From positions 29,080,001 through 29,144,000 of the forward strand of contig NC_086108.1 of the NCBI RefSeq assembly GCF_963921235.1: DNA of 64,000 nucleotides, in the 5' to 3' direction. The translations under genes were made by a program, and so were the position numbers. The stretch comes from Mobula hypostoma. Taxonomy: Eukaryota. This document shows positions 26,470 to 39,719 of this stretch, piece by piece. The notes under the pieces are model-generated. The model had not been told where the DNA came from, made no database searches, and worked only from the letters and a program-made list of their open reading frames with translations. Within the stretch, counting starts at the first letter, position 1, and each line of letters begins with the position of its first letter.

Positions 26470-26605
26470 CAAACAACAGGAATTCTGCAGATGCTGGAAA
26501 TTCAAGCAACACACATCAAAGTTGCTGGTGAATGCAGCAGGCCAGGCAGCATCTCTAGGAAGAGGTACAGTCGACGTTTCAGGCCGAGATCCTTCGTCAG
26601 GACTA
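26470..26605 (-). mobile_element. 136-bp Penelope terminus-only insertion carrying a hammerhead motif
   Basis: 14-bp TSD ATTTCTCATCTTGG (26456-26469, 26606-26619). Confidence 0.85.
26569..26604 (-). ncRNA. Minimal type I hammerhead ribozyme motif, intact core
   Basis: Reverse complement AGTC-CTGACGA-AGG(atctcgg)CCT-GAAAC-GTC-GACT. Confidence 0.72.
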
Positions 26606-28243
26606 ATTTCTCATCTTGGACCTGTTTGAGGAATACAGTGGCTTGGATACTTAGACTTAAGAACCTACTCTTGTTTCTTAGTCAGAGGAGGATGCAATTG
26701 AACGTCATTCTTGCACAGTCTGATTTGGATGAAGAACAACAAGGGTATTCTTTGGAGTGAGAGATCGAGAAGGCTAAAGATCAAATCAGCCGAAATTGTC
26801 TCTCAGTAGAGAGCTCAGAAAGGCTGAAATGGAGATCACTGTGTTTTGCCAAAGGAAAAGTTTTCCAGTTGAATTTTTGAGTTTGTGAAGGGGAGAAAGT
26901 GTGAAAAGGAACAGCCAGATTTTCAAGCTCAATCCAATACTTGAAGATTGTGCCTTGAGAGTTAGTGGACAGTTTAGTAGGACAGCCATGCCTGAAGAGT
27001 CTAAACATTCTGTTATATTGGCAAAGAATCTTCATATCTCAGACCTCATTCTGAGGCAGGTAAATTAAAAGGTGGAACAGGTTGCATCAAAAATACTGGA
27101 TTCCTGGTGCTAGTACAGCTATAAGAAGACTCCTGTTGAAGTGTGCTGTTTGATGATAGTTACATGCTGCTCCAGGATGCCAGCACATGGTATGTCTACC
27201 TCTGGACAGGTTCCCTCTAGATGAACTTCCATTTCCATGTGTAGTTGTGGACTACTTTGGACCTTCTGAGTTAAAGAGCATAAGGAGTACAGTGAAGAGA
27301 TATGGGGTTTGTATTTACCTCTCTATCTATATGAGCTGTTCACATTGAAGGGCACCTGTAGACACAGCTAATGTACTTTCATGCATTATAGCAAGACAAG
27401 GACAGGTTCATGAACTGCCCTCTAATAATGCAACAAACTTTGTTGGAGCTAAGCACGAGCTGTGAGAAGCCATTGAGAAGTGGAATCATTCAAGGATTAG
27501 TGATGTCCTTCTTCAGACAGTAATTAGGTCGATTTTTAACCCCTGGCTTGCTCATATCATGGAGGAACATGGGAGAGATTAATCAGGTCTGTGCAAAAGG
27601 TCCTCCATTCCACCATGGAAGTACAGAATCTTCATGAAGAGTTCTTTATAAAGTAGAGGCTGTTATCACTGGTTATCCAATTCCTAAAGCATCATCTGAT
27701 CCCAGTAATTTGTAAGCATGAGCACCCAATCACCTGTTGCTTCTGAAGTGCTCACCATCCTTACAGCCAGGAGAGTTCCTCATTTATGTTCATCACAGAT
27801 GGAAACAGGTACAATACATGTCAAATTTGTTTTGGAAATGGTGGGACAGGGAGTTACAGGAACATCAGAAATGGTCAGGTATGAAACACAATTTCCTCCC
27901 AGGAGATATTGTGCTTATATTTGATGACACAGTGCCTTGAAATTCATGAATCATGAGGAGAGTCATTCAAGTCTTTTCAGACAGAAGAGGATTTGTGTGG
28001 CATGTGTACATCAAGACCAAACCAACTGTGTGAAGAGGCTTATAACTAAGATCTGTCTTCTACAGGAGGCAGAGGTTTGAGGAGCTACAGCTCTAGAAGC
28101 TTCATGATTTTGACTTGATTATGGACTTGACAGAGAGTGGTTAAAGAAATCACTCTGTACTGGGCTAAGTGCTGGTATCCTCTGCCTTAGATGACTGTGA
28201 CATGACTTGTCTGAAAGAAGAAGGAGGACATTTGTATGAATGT

Positions 28244-28446
28244 ACACACGAGGAAATCTGCAGATGCTGGAATTTCAAGCAACACATAAAAATTGCTGGT
28301 GAATGCAGCAGGCCAGGCAGCATCTATAGGAAGAGGCACAGTCGACGTTTCAGGCTGAGACCCTTTTTGGCCCAAAACGTTGACTGTACCTCTTTCTATA
28401 GATGCTGCCTGGCCTGCTGCATTCACCAGCAATTTTTATGTGTGTT
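28244..28446. mobile_element. Hairpin-shaped Penelope-derived mini-insertion
   Basis: Inverted arms; 14-bp TSD ATTTGTATGAATGT (28230-28243, 28447-28460). Confidence 0.85.
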
Positions 28447-28545
28447 ATTTGTATGAATGTTAATGTTTATCCTTGAAGATTTCATGTCTCCTATTCTTAG
28501 TAGTATGTAGTAGTAATTATTCTGGTGTAATAATTAGGGACTGGG

Positions 28546-29007
28546 TATAAGGAGCCATATATCTATTTTCTGTCTGTCTGTATTGTACTTCGTGTCGCTT
28601 GTTTATTTTGTAATTTGTCACATGGTTTGGGGTGTGGTATAAGCAAATGAGTATAGTTACGTATTCACACTTCTTCTAAGTTCATTTAGTCTAGGTAGAG
28701 CCAGAGAGACAGGTGGATGATTTTTTTTGTTGATGCCAAGTTTGCTTAGTTACGCTAACGCTTAAGAACGCGGGTGCTAAGATTGCTAACACAAGTGGTT
28801 AGATTGCTTATTTCATTGTATTGCTAGTCTTAGTTTCATTAGTTTTTTTTATTATTACAAGCTTGTTCATCTTTACTGATTTATTAATAAAGGATTGAAC
28901 CTACTTTTTTGAACTTTGAAACTTTGTCATTTTGGAGTATGCATCATACAGTGTCAACTCCCGTGCTTAGTCTCAGAGTGGTTTTGGTTTGTTTTCAAGT
29001 AACTACA
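28546..29007 (+). repeat. BEL 3' LTR
   Basis: Preceded by purine-rich AGGGACTGGG; homologous to the 5' LTR; ends ...CTACA. Confidence 0.8.
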
Positions 29008-30509
29008 ATACTTCTTATACACATTTCTTCTGTTTATCCCCTAAGGATATTGCATGTTTCAATAAAAGTGCCTCTCATTCTTTGAAACAATGAATGAAGT
29101 AGCAGCCTGTTTAACTTTTTCTACAAGAAAATCCATACATATGAGAGTCTATTCTAGTGAATCTTCTCTAAACTGCCTTCAATGAACTCTTATCCGTCCT
29201 TAGATATGGGGACCAAAATTGTTCATTATGTTCTAGATGTGGTTTTGCTAGAACCTTGTATATTTACAGTAAGAGTTACGTTTTTTTAACCTTTATTCTA
29301 TAAGCCTTCCCTTCAATGTTGCCTGCTGACTCATTGTATTTGATGCACAAGGACCTCCAAATCCTTTCTACCACAGGTTTTGTTTTTGTCGAATGGGCAA
29401 TATATTGTATTTGTTTATTCTTCCATCCAAAATGAACAATTTCACATAGTTTCATTCTATCCCCATCTGCAATCATTTTCCCAACTCACCTAACCTATTA
29501 ATATCCCTCTATAATCTATTCAGTTCAAAGTAAATTTATTATCAAAGTACATGTATGTCACCATATTCTACCCTGAGATTCATTTTCTTCCAGGCATTCA
29601 CAGAAAAACAAAGAAGTCCAATAGATTCAATAAGAAAAACGACACACAAAGACTGACAAACCACCAATATGCAAATAAGTAAATAAATAATACTGAGATA
29701 ATGAGTTGTAGAGTTCCTGAAGGTATCTCCATAGGTTGTAGAATCAGCTCAGAGTTGAGATGAATGGAATTATCCATGCTGGTTCAGGATCCTGATGGTT
29801 GAAGGGTAGAAACTGTTCCTGAACCTGGTGGTGTGGGACCTTAGGCTCCTGTACCTCCTTCCCCATGGCAGCAGCATGAAGAAAGCATAGCCTGGATGGT
29901 GATTGCAACTTTCCTTCTCACCTCTATTTATGGTGGCTGCAAATATGGGGTGGCAACTTGAAAATGACACCCCTTATTCCTTCTTGCTGCACCCTGCTTA
30001 TTAGTCAGTCTTCTATGTGTGTCCGTAAATTTCAGCCACCATCATGTGCTCTTATCTTGTGACATAATCTTTTGAGAGGCATTCATGTCGAACATCATCT
30101 GGAAGTCCAAGTACAATACATAATGATCATTAGGTTAATCCTCATTCTGTGATTTCCAGTTCCAATAGTTGAAAGTGAAACAACGATGTATTCAGAAACA
30201 ATTTATCATTGATAGACTTAATTTTCATAAGTTCTTCATTTCGCATATGTCCCCGAGCATTGTGGGTGGTGCGGGATTGTGTGGCGACATTTTGGAACTG
30301 CCCCCAGCACATCCCTGGGTGTGTTGGTTGTTCACACGAACGATGCATTTCACTGTATATTTCAATGGAGGTGATAAATAAATATAAATCTGAATCTGAG
30401 CCAGGTGAGGGGAAGGTGGAGATAAGGACGGAAGCTGGGACATTACAAGCAGAGACACAAGGCCACAAAATGCTGGAACCTAGACACTCACTAACTTCTT
30501 CAGGGTCTG

Positions 30510-31140
30510 CTGAGACTCAGTTGGTTGCACTCTGAGTTAGAAGGACTGGGTTGAAGTTCCCCCTCTGGAGTTTTGCACACTCACTGTTGCAAACCTACTC
30601 CTCGTTCCCTGTTCTTGGCACGTTCCTGAGACTTGAGTCCAGCGCAATGCCGAGGGACTTCAGAGAAACTTTCTTGTGGATGGGACTCAGAAATAAAAAT
30701 GGGTGCCTGTTCAAGACTAATATGAAAAATGATTTCCTTCTCTCAGGGCCCCATCAGTGGATGTAAAAGATTCCATTGAAATATTTGTTATTATCACATA
30801 TATGGTGCTGAGATCATACTGGTTGCAAGTTAACAGCTGTGTTTCCTGCAACACACATAAAAGTTGCTGGTGAGCGCAGCAGGCCAGGCAGCATCTCTAG
30901 GAAGAGGTGCAGTGAACTTTTCAGGCCGAGACCCTTCGTCAGGACTAACGAAGGGTCTCGGCCTGAAACGTCGACTGCACCTCTTCCTAGAGATGCTGCC
31001 TGGCCTGCTGCATTCACCAGCAACTTTTATGTGTGTTGCTTAAATTTCCAGCATCTGCAGAATTCCTGTTGTTAGCTGTGTTTCCTGTACTGCTTCAAAG
31101 TTATGTCATCAACGGCAAAGTATTTTGAGATGTTCTAAAC
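30510..31140 (+). mobile_element. Very old Deu-domain (SacSINE1/AmnSINE-like) SINE remnant
   Basis: GTGGATGTAAAAGATTCCAT and GCTGTGTTTCCT...CTTCAAAG resemble the Deu-domain consensus as I recall it; heavily diverged. Confidence 0.4.
30849..31073. mobile_element. Hairpin-shaped Penelope-derived mini-insertion
   Basis: Inverted arms; 14-bp TSD AGCTGTGTTTCCTG (30835-30848, 31074-31087). Confidence 0.87.
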
Positions 31141-31224
31141 AGTTCTTTAAATGTCTCAGAACTATAATGCAACAAAAATACTGAACTTAAGAAACAATTA
31201 GGATGAATTAGGGAAACATATCTT

Positions 31225-32695
31225 TACTCCCCCCTCCCCCCACCACCTCCCTGCCGCTTTCAACAGGGATCACTCCCTCCATTATTCCCTTATCCATTTG
31301 TCCCTCCTCATTAATCTCCCTCCTGGCACTTATCCCTGCAAGCAGCCCAAATGCTACACCTGCTCAAACACCCCTCCCTCACCTCCATTTAGGGTCCCTT
31401 CCAGGTGAGGCAACACTTCACCTGCGAATCTTCTGGGGTCATCTATAGTGTTCAGCAACACCTTATATTCCATCTGGGTTCCCTCTGTTGGCCAGAAGAA
31501 ACTTCAGTCTGATCATGGACAGGGGAAGCAGACAAGCTAATTGTTTTATGGACTCTGAACAGTTTCTTGCTTGGATAATCTAATCAGAGCAACTGAAAGT
31601 GGACACAGGAAGCTTCAGGTAATGACCTGAAACCACTCTCAAACAAATAGCCATTTGTTATGTAAAGGACATGGACCCTGAACTGCTCCTTGCTCTGGGA
31701 TAATCTAATCAGAGCAATATACCCGAGACCATTCTCAGAGGAGTAGCTACTTATTATGTAAAATGCCAGACCTGCAGTTGGTAATCTCGTTAGATTCTGT
31801 CTGTGTTGCCTCATTTAACTGGTTTGGACCAGTCAGAGTGTAAAGGCACAAATACACAAGGCTGGGGTGGGCAGAGCCATGGAACAATGTTGGCTGTAGC
31901 CCTGTACAATGACCAGGAAGAAGGTGACGCAGGTGGGTCAGGTGACCTTGAGCCAATGGGATGGAGATCCAATGGTTCAATTGATGAGGAACAGTATTAG
32001 ACTCAGGAGCTCCAAATACGCAGGGGCGATAACTCCAGCAGCCAGAGACCAACCATCACGGATAAGGAGGACCCCACGGACACGTGGAGATCGGGACCAC
32101 GAGGAACGCCTGGCCAGGGTAGGCTCCTTTACTGGGTAGTACCTTTTCTCTTCATTGACTGTTCATGGAGGGTCAGGGAATTCTAGTAGGGTGCACACAG
32201 AGACAGTCTGTGAACTCACGAGCTTTTAGTTGAAACAATAACAATTACTTGTCGGTATATACAGATTCTCTGTGCCTCACTGATCATTATTACAGGGGGT
32301 GATTCTTGTAACACCTCCAACCTGATGGTATGAATATTGATTTCTCTTTCCGTAAACAAATTCCCCACCCCCACTTTCCCTCTTCCCCACTCTGACCATT
32401 CACTTCTCACCTGCCTGTTACTTCCCCTGGGTTCCCTCCTCCTTCCCTTTCTCCTATTTTCCATTCTCCTCTCCCATCAGATTCTTTCATCTCCAGCCCT
32501 TGATTTTCCCATCCATCTGACTTCACTTATCACCTTCTAGCTAGCCTCCTCCCCCACTCCCCACCTTTTTATTCTAGCATCTTCCCCTCCTCCTTCTCAG
32601 TCCTGAAGAAGGGTTTTGGCCTGAAACTTTGATTGTTCCCTCTTTTCCATAGATACTGTCTGACCTGCTGAGTTCCTCCAGCATTTTGTTTGCTT
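31225..32695 (+). mobile_element. Decayed Neptune-type Penelope fragment split by a solo LTR
   Basis: Homologous to the reverse complement of the 14579 copy. Degenerate hammerhead AGTCCTGAAGAAGGG...CCTGAAAC at 32599-32634. Confidence 0.75.
31486..32313. mobile_element. Solo LTR (828 bp)
   Basis: TGTT...AACA termini, 4-bp TSD CCTC (31482-31485, 32314-32317). It interrupts an otherwise contiguous Penelope sequence. Confidence 0.8.
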
Positions 32696-34561
32696 TGAAT
32701 TAGAACAACATACGAATGAGAACAGTTGGAACAATTAGAAATCCTTTCATCTACATGGAGTTAGAAAAAATAACACTTAAGCAAAAGTGAATGCTGTCAT
32801 TATAATCCAACAATTAACTACCCAGCAAATGCGACAGCTAGTGTGAATTGTGATAAATATAGGTATTCTTTCACTGATCAGGATTTCAAGTTGTCCCAGC
32901 ACGTTATTGGGGTAGGAAGATATTTTTTGGGGCATAAGTATGTGCTATTCTGCTTGTGACAAACTCAATGGAGCAGGATAAATCAATCCTTTGTTTAATA
33001 CTGATTTATGGATCAAGCGGATTGCTGAGCACTCACTTCCAGTGGACATGAAGATTCTTGGCATTAGAACAGCTATAAAAACCTTAGCAACTCCCTCAGT
33101 TGTTTGACACCCCTGTCAGCTGCTTCTCCAGGGCTGTGGGGAAAACTGCTGATAAGATGCCGGCCAGCCTGTCTCATTAACCAATAATGAGCCGTAGACC
33201 TGCCACTTCCCAATATCCTCAATTGGATGAGCAATGGAAAACAAGCAGTGCATTAAACTGAGACTTGCTTTAATTTGCGCTAAAACAGCCTGAGAAAGGG
33301 GGAGGGGGGTTGGTGATAGATTAAAAATCAAAACTGCCAAGTATCAACAAAGGAAATATGTTGCAAGAATATGGTGAGAGGGCAGGGGAGAGGAAATTAA
33401 TTGGACTTCTCCTTGATAGAACTAGCTCAGACTTTGAGTCAAATAATGCGCGATTCCATATGTCTGACACAGGCACGGTGAAGTGATTTGATTAATAAAA
33501 CTTAAGCATTATCAAAAGGAACATTGGGTATGGACTGTCACAATCCTTCATCTCAGTCCTCTGGAGTCTGGCAAGTACATATCACAAGGCGGAGAGAGTC
33601 TGTATTCTAATTAGCACCAGAACGTCAATGGAGTTCTCTAGCATTGTTTGAAAACCAGTCAGTGAGCTGATAAGCACATACATATCATATTCTTAGTTGA
33701 TCCAAATAGGTATTGTACCTAATACTAATTATTTTTTATGTAAGCATGTTAATTGTTAATTGTGGAGCTAGATGTCATTTAGTCTGTATTTGCTGCAAAG
33801 CTACAAGGTGGGCACATGAAGCTCGCAAGAACAAGAGCATTCTGAGTCCTATACTTGGGCAGAATTGGATGAGGCCCTTTGGTCAAGGCAACAAAACCAA
33901 TAACAATTAGTATATGTACAGTGTTTATGTTAATGTAATAACAATTCTCAAGACATTTCACAGGAAAGTTACTGGATAACATTTTGAAAGAGGATGCATG
34001 AGACGTTAGGATCAATGGCCTAAGGATTGGTCATATAAGTAGGTTTAAGAGGAAGAGGAGGACTGGAAGTGGTGGATATTCAAGGAGGGAATTTTGGGTC
34101 AGCAGATGGTGTGCCTCCAATGGAGGGGCAATGCATATTGATGATGGACTGAAGGACAGAGTTAGAGAAACATAGTGTTTTATGGAAGAAATTAAACAGA
34201 AGAAGTGGGGAAAGGCTTTGAAAGTGACAATTAGAATTTTGCATTGAAATCCTTATCAGACGGGATGCCAGGTTATGGATGCCAGAGTGTTGGACGCTCA
34301 GATTAATGGAGAGCAGAAGATATGAATCTACCCAGACTGGAACAGTCGTCTGGAAGTAGCAACTAAATGGACGAGCATTTCAGCAGCAGGTAGGATGATA
34401 TAGGGAGAGGGTTGATTAGTGTTATGGAGAAGGAGCAAGTAAACTTAGTCATGGACTGAATATATAGTTAGAAAGACACCTCAAGGTCAAATACGTCACC
34501 AAGGTTATGAATAACCTAGTTAATTTTCAGTTAGCTGGTAAGGGATGAGATATTGGCAAGT

Positions 34562-34767
34562 TATTGTGTATTTAATATTTTAGTAATATTTGAGTAATCT
34601 AAGTATATTGTTTGATTAAGCTTTCTTTTTGTTTACATAATTCACTACAGGTTATACGTTGTAAGCACCTGCCTCGCTAAAAGTAAAAGCAAAGAGTACA
34701 TGTTTGTCCCGGTGTCCCTGTGTTTTTCTTTTGATTAGTTTATGTTTCAGAACTACAAAACATAACA
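34562..34767 (+). mobile_element. Short solo LTR of the same family as 45099-45352
   Basis: Alignable to 45099-45352; CAAGT/TAAGT flanks. Confidence 0.75.
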
Positions 34768-34794
34768 TAAGTAATGATTCCATGTAAAAAAAAT

Positions 34795-35086
34795 TATTTA
34801 GAGATACAATGTGGAATAGGCCCTTCCGGCCTATTCAATCTGTGCCGTCCAGCAACCCCTGACAAACCCGATTTAACCCTCATCTAATCACAGGACAATT
34901 TACAGTGACCAATTAACCGGTACATCTTTGGACTGTGGGAGAAACCGGAGCACTTGGGGAAAACCCACACATTCCACAGGGAGGACTGTAGAAACTACTT
35001 ACAGAGGACACCGGAATTGAACCCTGAACTCCGACAGCCCACGCTTTAATAGCATCACACTAACTGCTATGCTACCATAGTGCCCA
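34795..35086 (-). mobile_element. tRNA-derived V-SINE (HE1-like) with CR1-type tail
   Basis: A box TGGTAGCATAG, B box GGTTCAATTCC, V-domain-like GTGCTCCGGTTTCTCCCACAGTCCAAAGA, tail GGCCGGAAGGGCCTATTCC. Confidence 0.8.
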
Positions 35087-38000
35087 TTCTGGAGAGATTC
35101 GTCTCTGTTCTTGACCATTTGGAAAACGTGTGGATCAAAATCTGACCCGATGATTTTTCTCATCCATCCTCCATCAACTGCACATCAATTTGAAATCAGC
35201 AGAGAACTTTACAAGTGGAATTGTTCTTGCATTTCTCTAACTAGTCTAGTTGAGTTTTTGGTTAATGATAAGTTTCAGAATGTTGATGATGGGTGACTTG
35301 GCACTAAAGTGCCACTAAATATCCAGAGTCGATAATTAGATTTCTCTTATTAGAGATGGTCATCGTCTAAAAGTTTTGAAGTATAAATGCTACTTGCCTA
35401 AATATTCTCTCGTGTTGTACTGCATGCAGGTAATGGCTCCTCTTTTTGCTTAGGAGTTATAAATGGGATTGACGATTATACAATCATCAATGAAAATCTC
35501 TACTTCTGATTTTAGGGTGGAAGGAAGGCCACTGATAAGGCAGCTGAACATGCTTGAGTTTAAGAACTCCAGCTATATTGCCCTGAGATGGGATAACGGA
35601 GCCACAACTTTGTATAAGGGATAACTTAAAACATGAATTTTCCTTGCTAGCATTGCTTTTAGTTATACCTGGGTGTATTTCTCCTTGCGATCATTACCTT
35701 TAGTTTTATCTGTTCTCTTAATGATGCACTCGGTTAAATGCTGGTTTGATCTCAAAGGCAATCACACTTATCTCACCTTTTAGGTCCAACGCTCTGTTGA
35801 AAGCCAATGTTCAGCATGTACCTGAGAAACGTAAGAGGGAAAAGGATAAGATGCTTTTGATGTGGGCTGCAATGGATGGATAAGAATGGAACAAGGCAAG
35901 TACATTTCTTTCCGGATGGACTACGGGAAATTTTAGAGTGGGAATGTTTGGATAACTTTAAGTCTACATGCAGGTTGGAAAGTCTAAGGAAGAATAGATT
36001 ATCTTCAAAACAATCACATAGGGCCTTTTTTATGCCATAGACCAATATCATTAGGTAAGGTATCCATGGAACACAAGTTGTGAACCCCTGACGTAGGATG
36101 TCAGTAATTACTTTAAATCAAAGTGAACTCAGGACACTGAAAGTAAACCTGAGCTAAAAGAATCAAACAAGAAATTAAGATGAAGAGAGCATTAATTTGG
36201 AAATGTACAACACTTTCAAGAACCTTGACGAAGAAAGGGAAACTGGAGGTACTTTGCAGGAAAGGGTGACGGCAGCAGAAGGAGTGTTAAGTATGTCAGC
36301 TTGTGAGCAGGGGAGGGTGGATTCTCTGTCATAAGGTATCAATGAGGTCAAGAGAGTAGGAGGGAAACCGTAAACAATGCTGAACATGTGAGGCGAAACA
36401 GAAGAAAAACTAGACATAGTTGTACGCTTTGGGCTAGGTTTTAAGGAATATTTGAGGTTTTCTCCAGTGAGCAAGAGAAGGAATTAATGCTTCAGAGTTA
36501 ATATAGTGGGAATGATAAAGGAATTTGCAGAATTCACAAAAATTTGTTATGCAATTTACAAGTGCAATGGATGACTGGACCTGACATTTATTTTGTGGCA
36601 AGAAATACAGATAATGGGTGCATTTATGATGTGGGGTTGCACAGGGCTCAGTACTTGGACCCTTACATTTTACAGCACAATTTAACCATGCAGGGAGCAT
36701 TGTTAAAAAGTTTGTAAATAATTTCAAAATGCATGTGTTTGATGGGAGGAAAACTATGGCTTGCAGGATGTTATAGACAGTAGAATGACTGGAGGGATCT
36801 CACCAACAGAAATGGATCAAGTTGGCCTTATTTCTGACCGACAAGTTGGAATCTGCACGGCTCCCTGCAATGGAAAGATCAAAGAGGTGATCGTAACTAG
36901 GAGATGGGGTGCTTACACAGCAAATATGGCACATCTTTTCCAGATATACAGAAGTGTGTCATTCTAGGTTGGAAACATTGCATGATGTAAAACAATGAGA
37001 AATGCAAAGTTTAAATAGTAATAAGATCAGTGATGACAGCCTTAAAGAATTTTTGTTAAAGGACCTGAAGCCAGGATCAGGGTAACTTGTAATCCAAGGT
37101 GAATTGATCACAGCCACCTGATCCATTGCTCCGTCCAATTTGTAACCAAGTAAATTGCTTTGGTTAACCAACAGCCAATTAAAAATTACAATTGACAGCC
37201 AGACCGCTTCAATTACTGAATTACATTACTGGTTGTCAGAGTTCATCAGGGACACCAACAACAATCTTATGGCTTATTCGTAAGGAGTAGCGTCTTGCCA
37301 TGCTACTGTGCCCTTTACCACAGTTGCACTCTTAGCAGCAGTTCAGAATCAGAATCAGGTTTATTATCACCAGCATGTGATGTGAAAGTTTGGAGATACT
37401 GTAAGTTCAAGCATGTGCGCTGTAATTGTTAACTGTGAAACTTCAAATGCACGCAAAATCAAATTGTTTCCTTTCAAAGATGGACAGCTCTGTGTTCAAT
37501 TGGATGCAGATTTTAACTCACTGAAATTGAGGCCAATGATTGAAGTGACATTGTCCGAGATCTGAGGCACTGGAGAGAGATTGTGAGAGCTCAACAAAAT
37601 TCCATGTTACCAATAAGAAACTTATCTTGCAGGGAAGAACAAACAAGAGATTTGTTAATTGAATGGGGTTTGGTTCAAAGCATCTACAAGACAAATATTT
37701 GAAGTTTCTGCCTTCATGGATCACAGCAATAATTTTGGCTGATTTTTTTCTCTTTGTTTATTCAGTTTTTGGTTTTATTTATTTCTTGAGTGATTACTTT
37801 TCTGCTGGTGCCCTGAAGAAGTGAATTAATTCTTCCTATAAATTGATGTTGAAGAAAAAGTGCACAGGAAAATTGATGGCGTGCCTTTCAGTGATGTTTA
37901 CTGTTAATGTCTGAGTACATGTAATCAGCCTTTAATACAAACCTTTTGCAAAACAACTGCATTAAAATGCTACAGAACACCTTCATCTGAATCAGAATCA

Positions 38001-38479
38001 GGTTTAATATCTCTGGCACGTCATCAAATTTGTTGTTTTGCAGTCTCAGTGCATTGCTATATATAATTTAAAAATATATACTGTAAATTACAATAATAAT
38101 TATATATGCAAAAATTAAATTAAGTAAATAGTGCAAAAAGAGCAAAAGAAAATGTAGTGAGGTAGTGTTCATGGGTTCATTGTCCATTCAGAAATCTGAT
38201 GGCAGAGGGGATGAAGCTGTTCCTGAAACTTTAAGTGTGTACCTTTAGGCTCCTGCATCTTCTTCTTGATGGTAGCAATGAGAAGAATGCATGTCCAGGG
38301 AGATGAGGGTGAAATTCTTACCTATTGCAATTGAACCATTTGTGTGCAAATTAACATTTGGAAATGTTCACAATTACTTTTAACCACTCATTTGTTACGT
38401 TTAGGCAGATCTAACTCCAAAAGAACTTCTTGTATTAATTATATTCAATGGCCTGCAGTAGCTCCATAGAACAGGAATA

Positions 38480-38950
38480 AATAAGAACATAGGAGATGGA
38501 GCAGGAATAGGCCATTTGGCCCTTCAAGCCTACTCCACCATTCATCAGAATCATGGCTGATCTTGTACCTCAGTGCTATTATTCTACATTCTTTTCACAT
38601 CCCATGCTTCCTTTAATATTCAGCATCTATCAATCTCTGTTTTGTATGAATATAGTGAGTGGGTTTCCACAGTGTTCCATTGTTGAGAATTCAAAAGGTT
38701 CAGCAACCTTTGAGAGGAGAAATTTCTCCTCAATCCTAAATCTTCAATCCCCCATCTTAGATGCCTCAACCCACCATCGTATTCCTTTAAAGAACTTTAA
38801 AGGTCTTGATGATATGTCCACTCATTCATCCAAGCTATAGAAAATACAATTCCAGTTTACTCAATCTATCTTCATGAAGAAAAACCACCTTCCTGGAAGC
38901 AATCTACTGAACATCAGTAAACCATTGCATCATGCTGCATTATCATTTCC
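38480..38950 (-). mobile_element. Old CR1 3' end remnant
   Basis: AAGAACATAGGAG...GGCCATTTGGCCCTTCAAGCC is the reverse complement of a CR1 3' terminus. Confidence 0.6.
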
Positions 38951-39719
38951 TTCATAACTTTCAAAATATGTTATAGAAAACCTTGCGATTCTTATGGTAA
39001 CTAAAATTTCTGATTTAACTAAGCAATAAATCTCTTTCAACATCACATAGCTTTCCAAACTTGGAGAGACATCAAATTGATGCCTTGGAATTGTCTCTTC
39101 AAAGAGATAAGCAATAATTTCTATATTTGCTGGTAATGCCCACATTCCAATAAATATTGATATTGTTTAGCATACCATTCAACAGAAGCAGACATCAGAG
39201 ATAAGAAACTGCTATACTATATTTAAAGCCTTAAAACAATACTCTTTATAACAAAAAAAAAACAGTGAAATTTCCATCAAGATCAACATCTTCCATTGCT
39301 GGTCTCATAGAACAGTTTCAATACAACATATTCCACTGATCTGTAATGCATTCTTATAGTTGACAGCATTTAGCCTGTGCCTACATACTTGTACTCAGCT
39401 CACAAAAGGACACTCTTCCAGCTACAGGGAAGTGTTGCTACTGAATGGTTGAATGCTGCAATGGAGTGAGTGTGTTTGCAGGAAATCAGGGGTGAAAGAA
39501 TATTCATTGCGCAAGAGATCCACTGAAATCTTTCTGACCTATGGCCAAGAACTACCGTGTCAGGAAGTCCTTCTAAGGACATGCGTGCAGTGTATGAACA
39601 GGGAAGCCCGCAATACATAAAACTCCAAGTTTGTGCTCTGCCTGCTCCTCTGGGCTGAAGAAAACTAGATGGAGACATTTTTGCATGACAGTGGATATTA
39701 GTTTACAGTCTACATTTGG

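Larger units (their letters stand above)
16925..29007 (+). mobile_element. Decayed BEL/Pao LTR retrotransposon, near full-length, with nested insertions
   Basis: Gag (FDDPLQYHAFMKAFENSVE...LYFLEQYT), protease (TYAFLDQGSTAVFC), RT (HGVYHPRKGKVRVV, VDIESMFHQIKV), RNase H (HHFTDASEDGYGA) and integrase remnants, in BEL order between two homologous LTRs. Confidence 0.9.
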
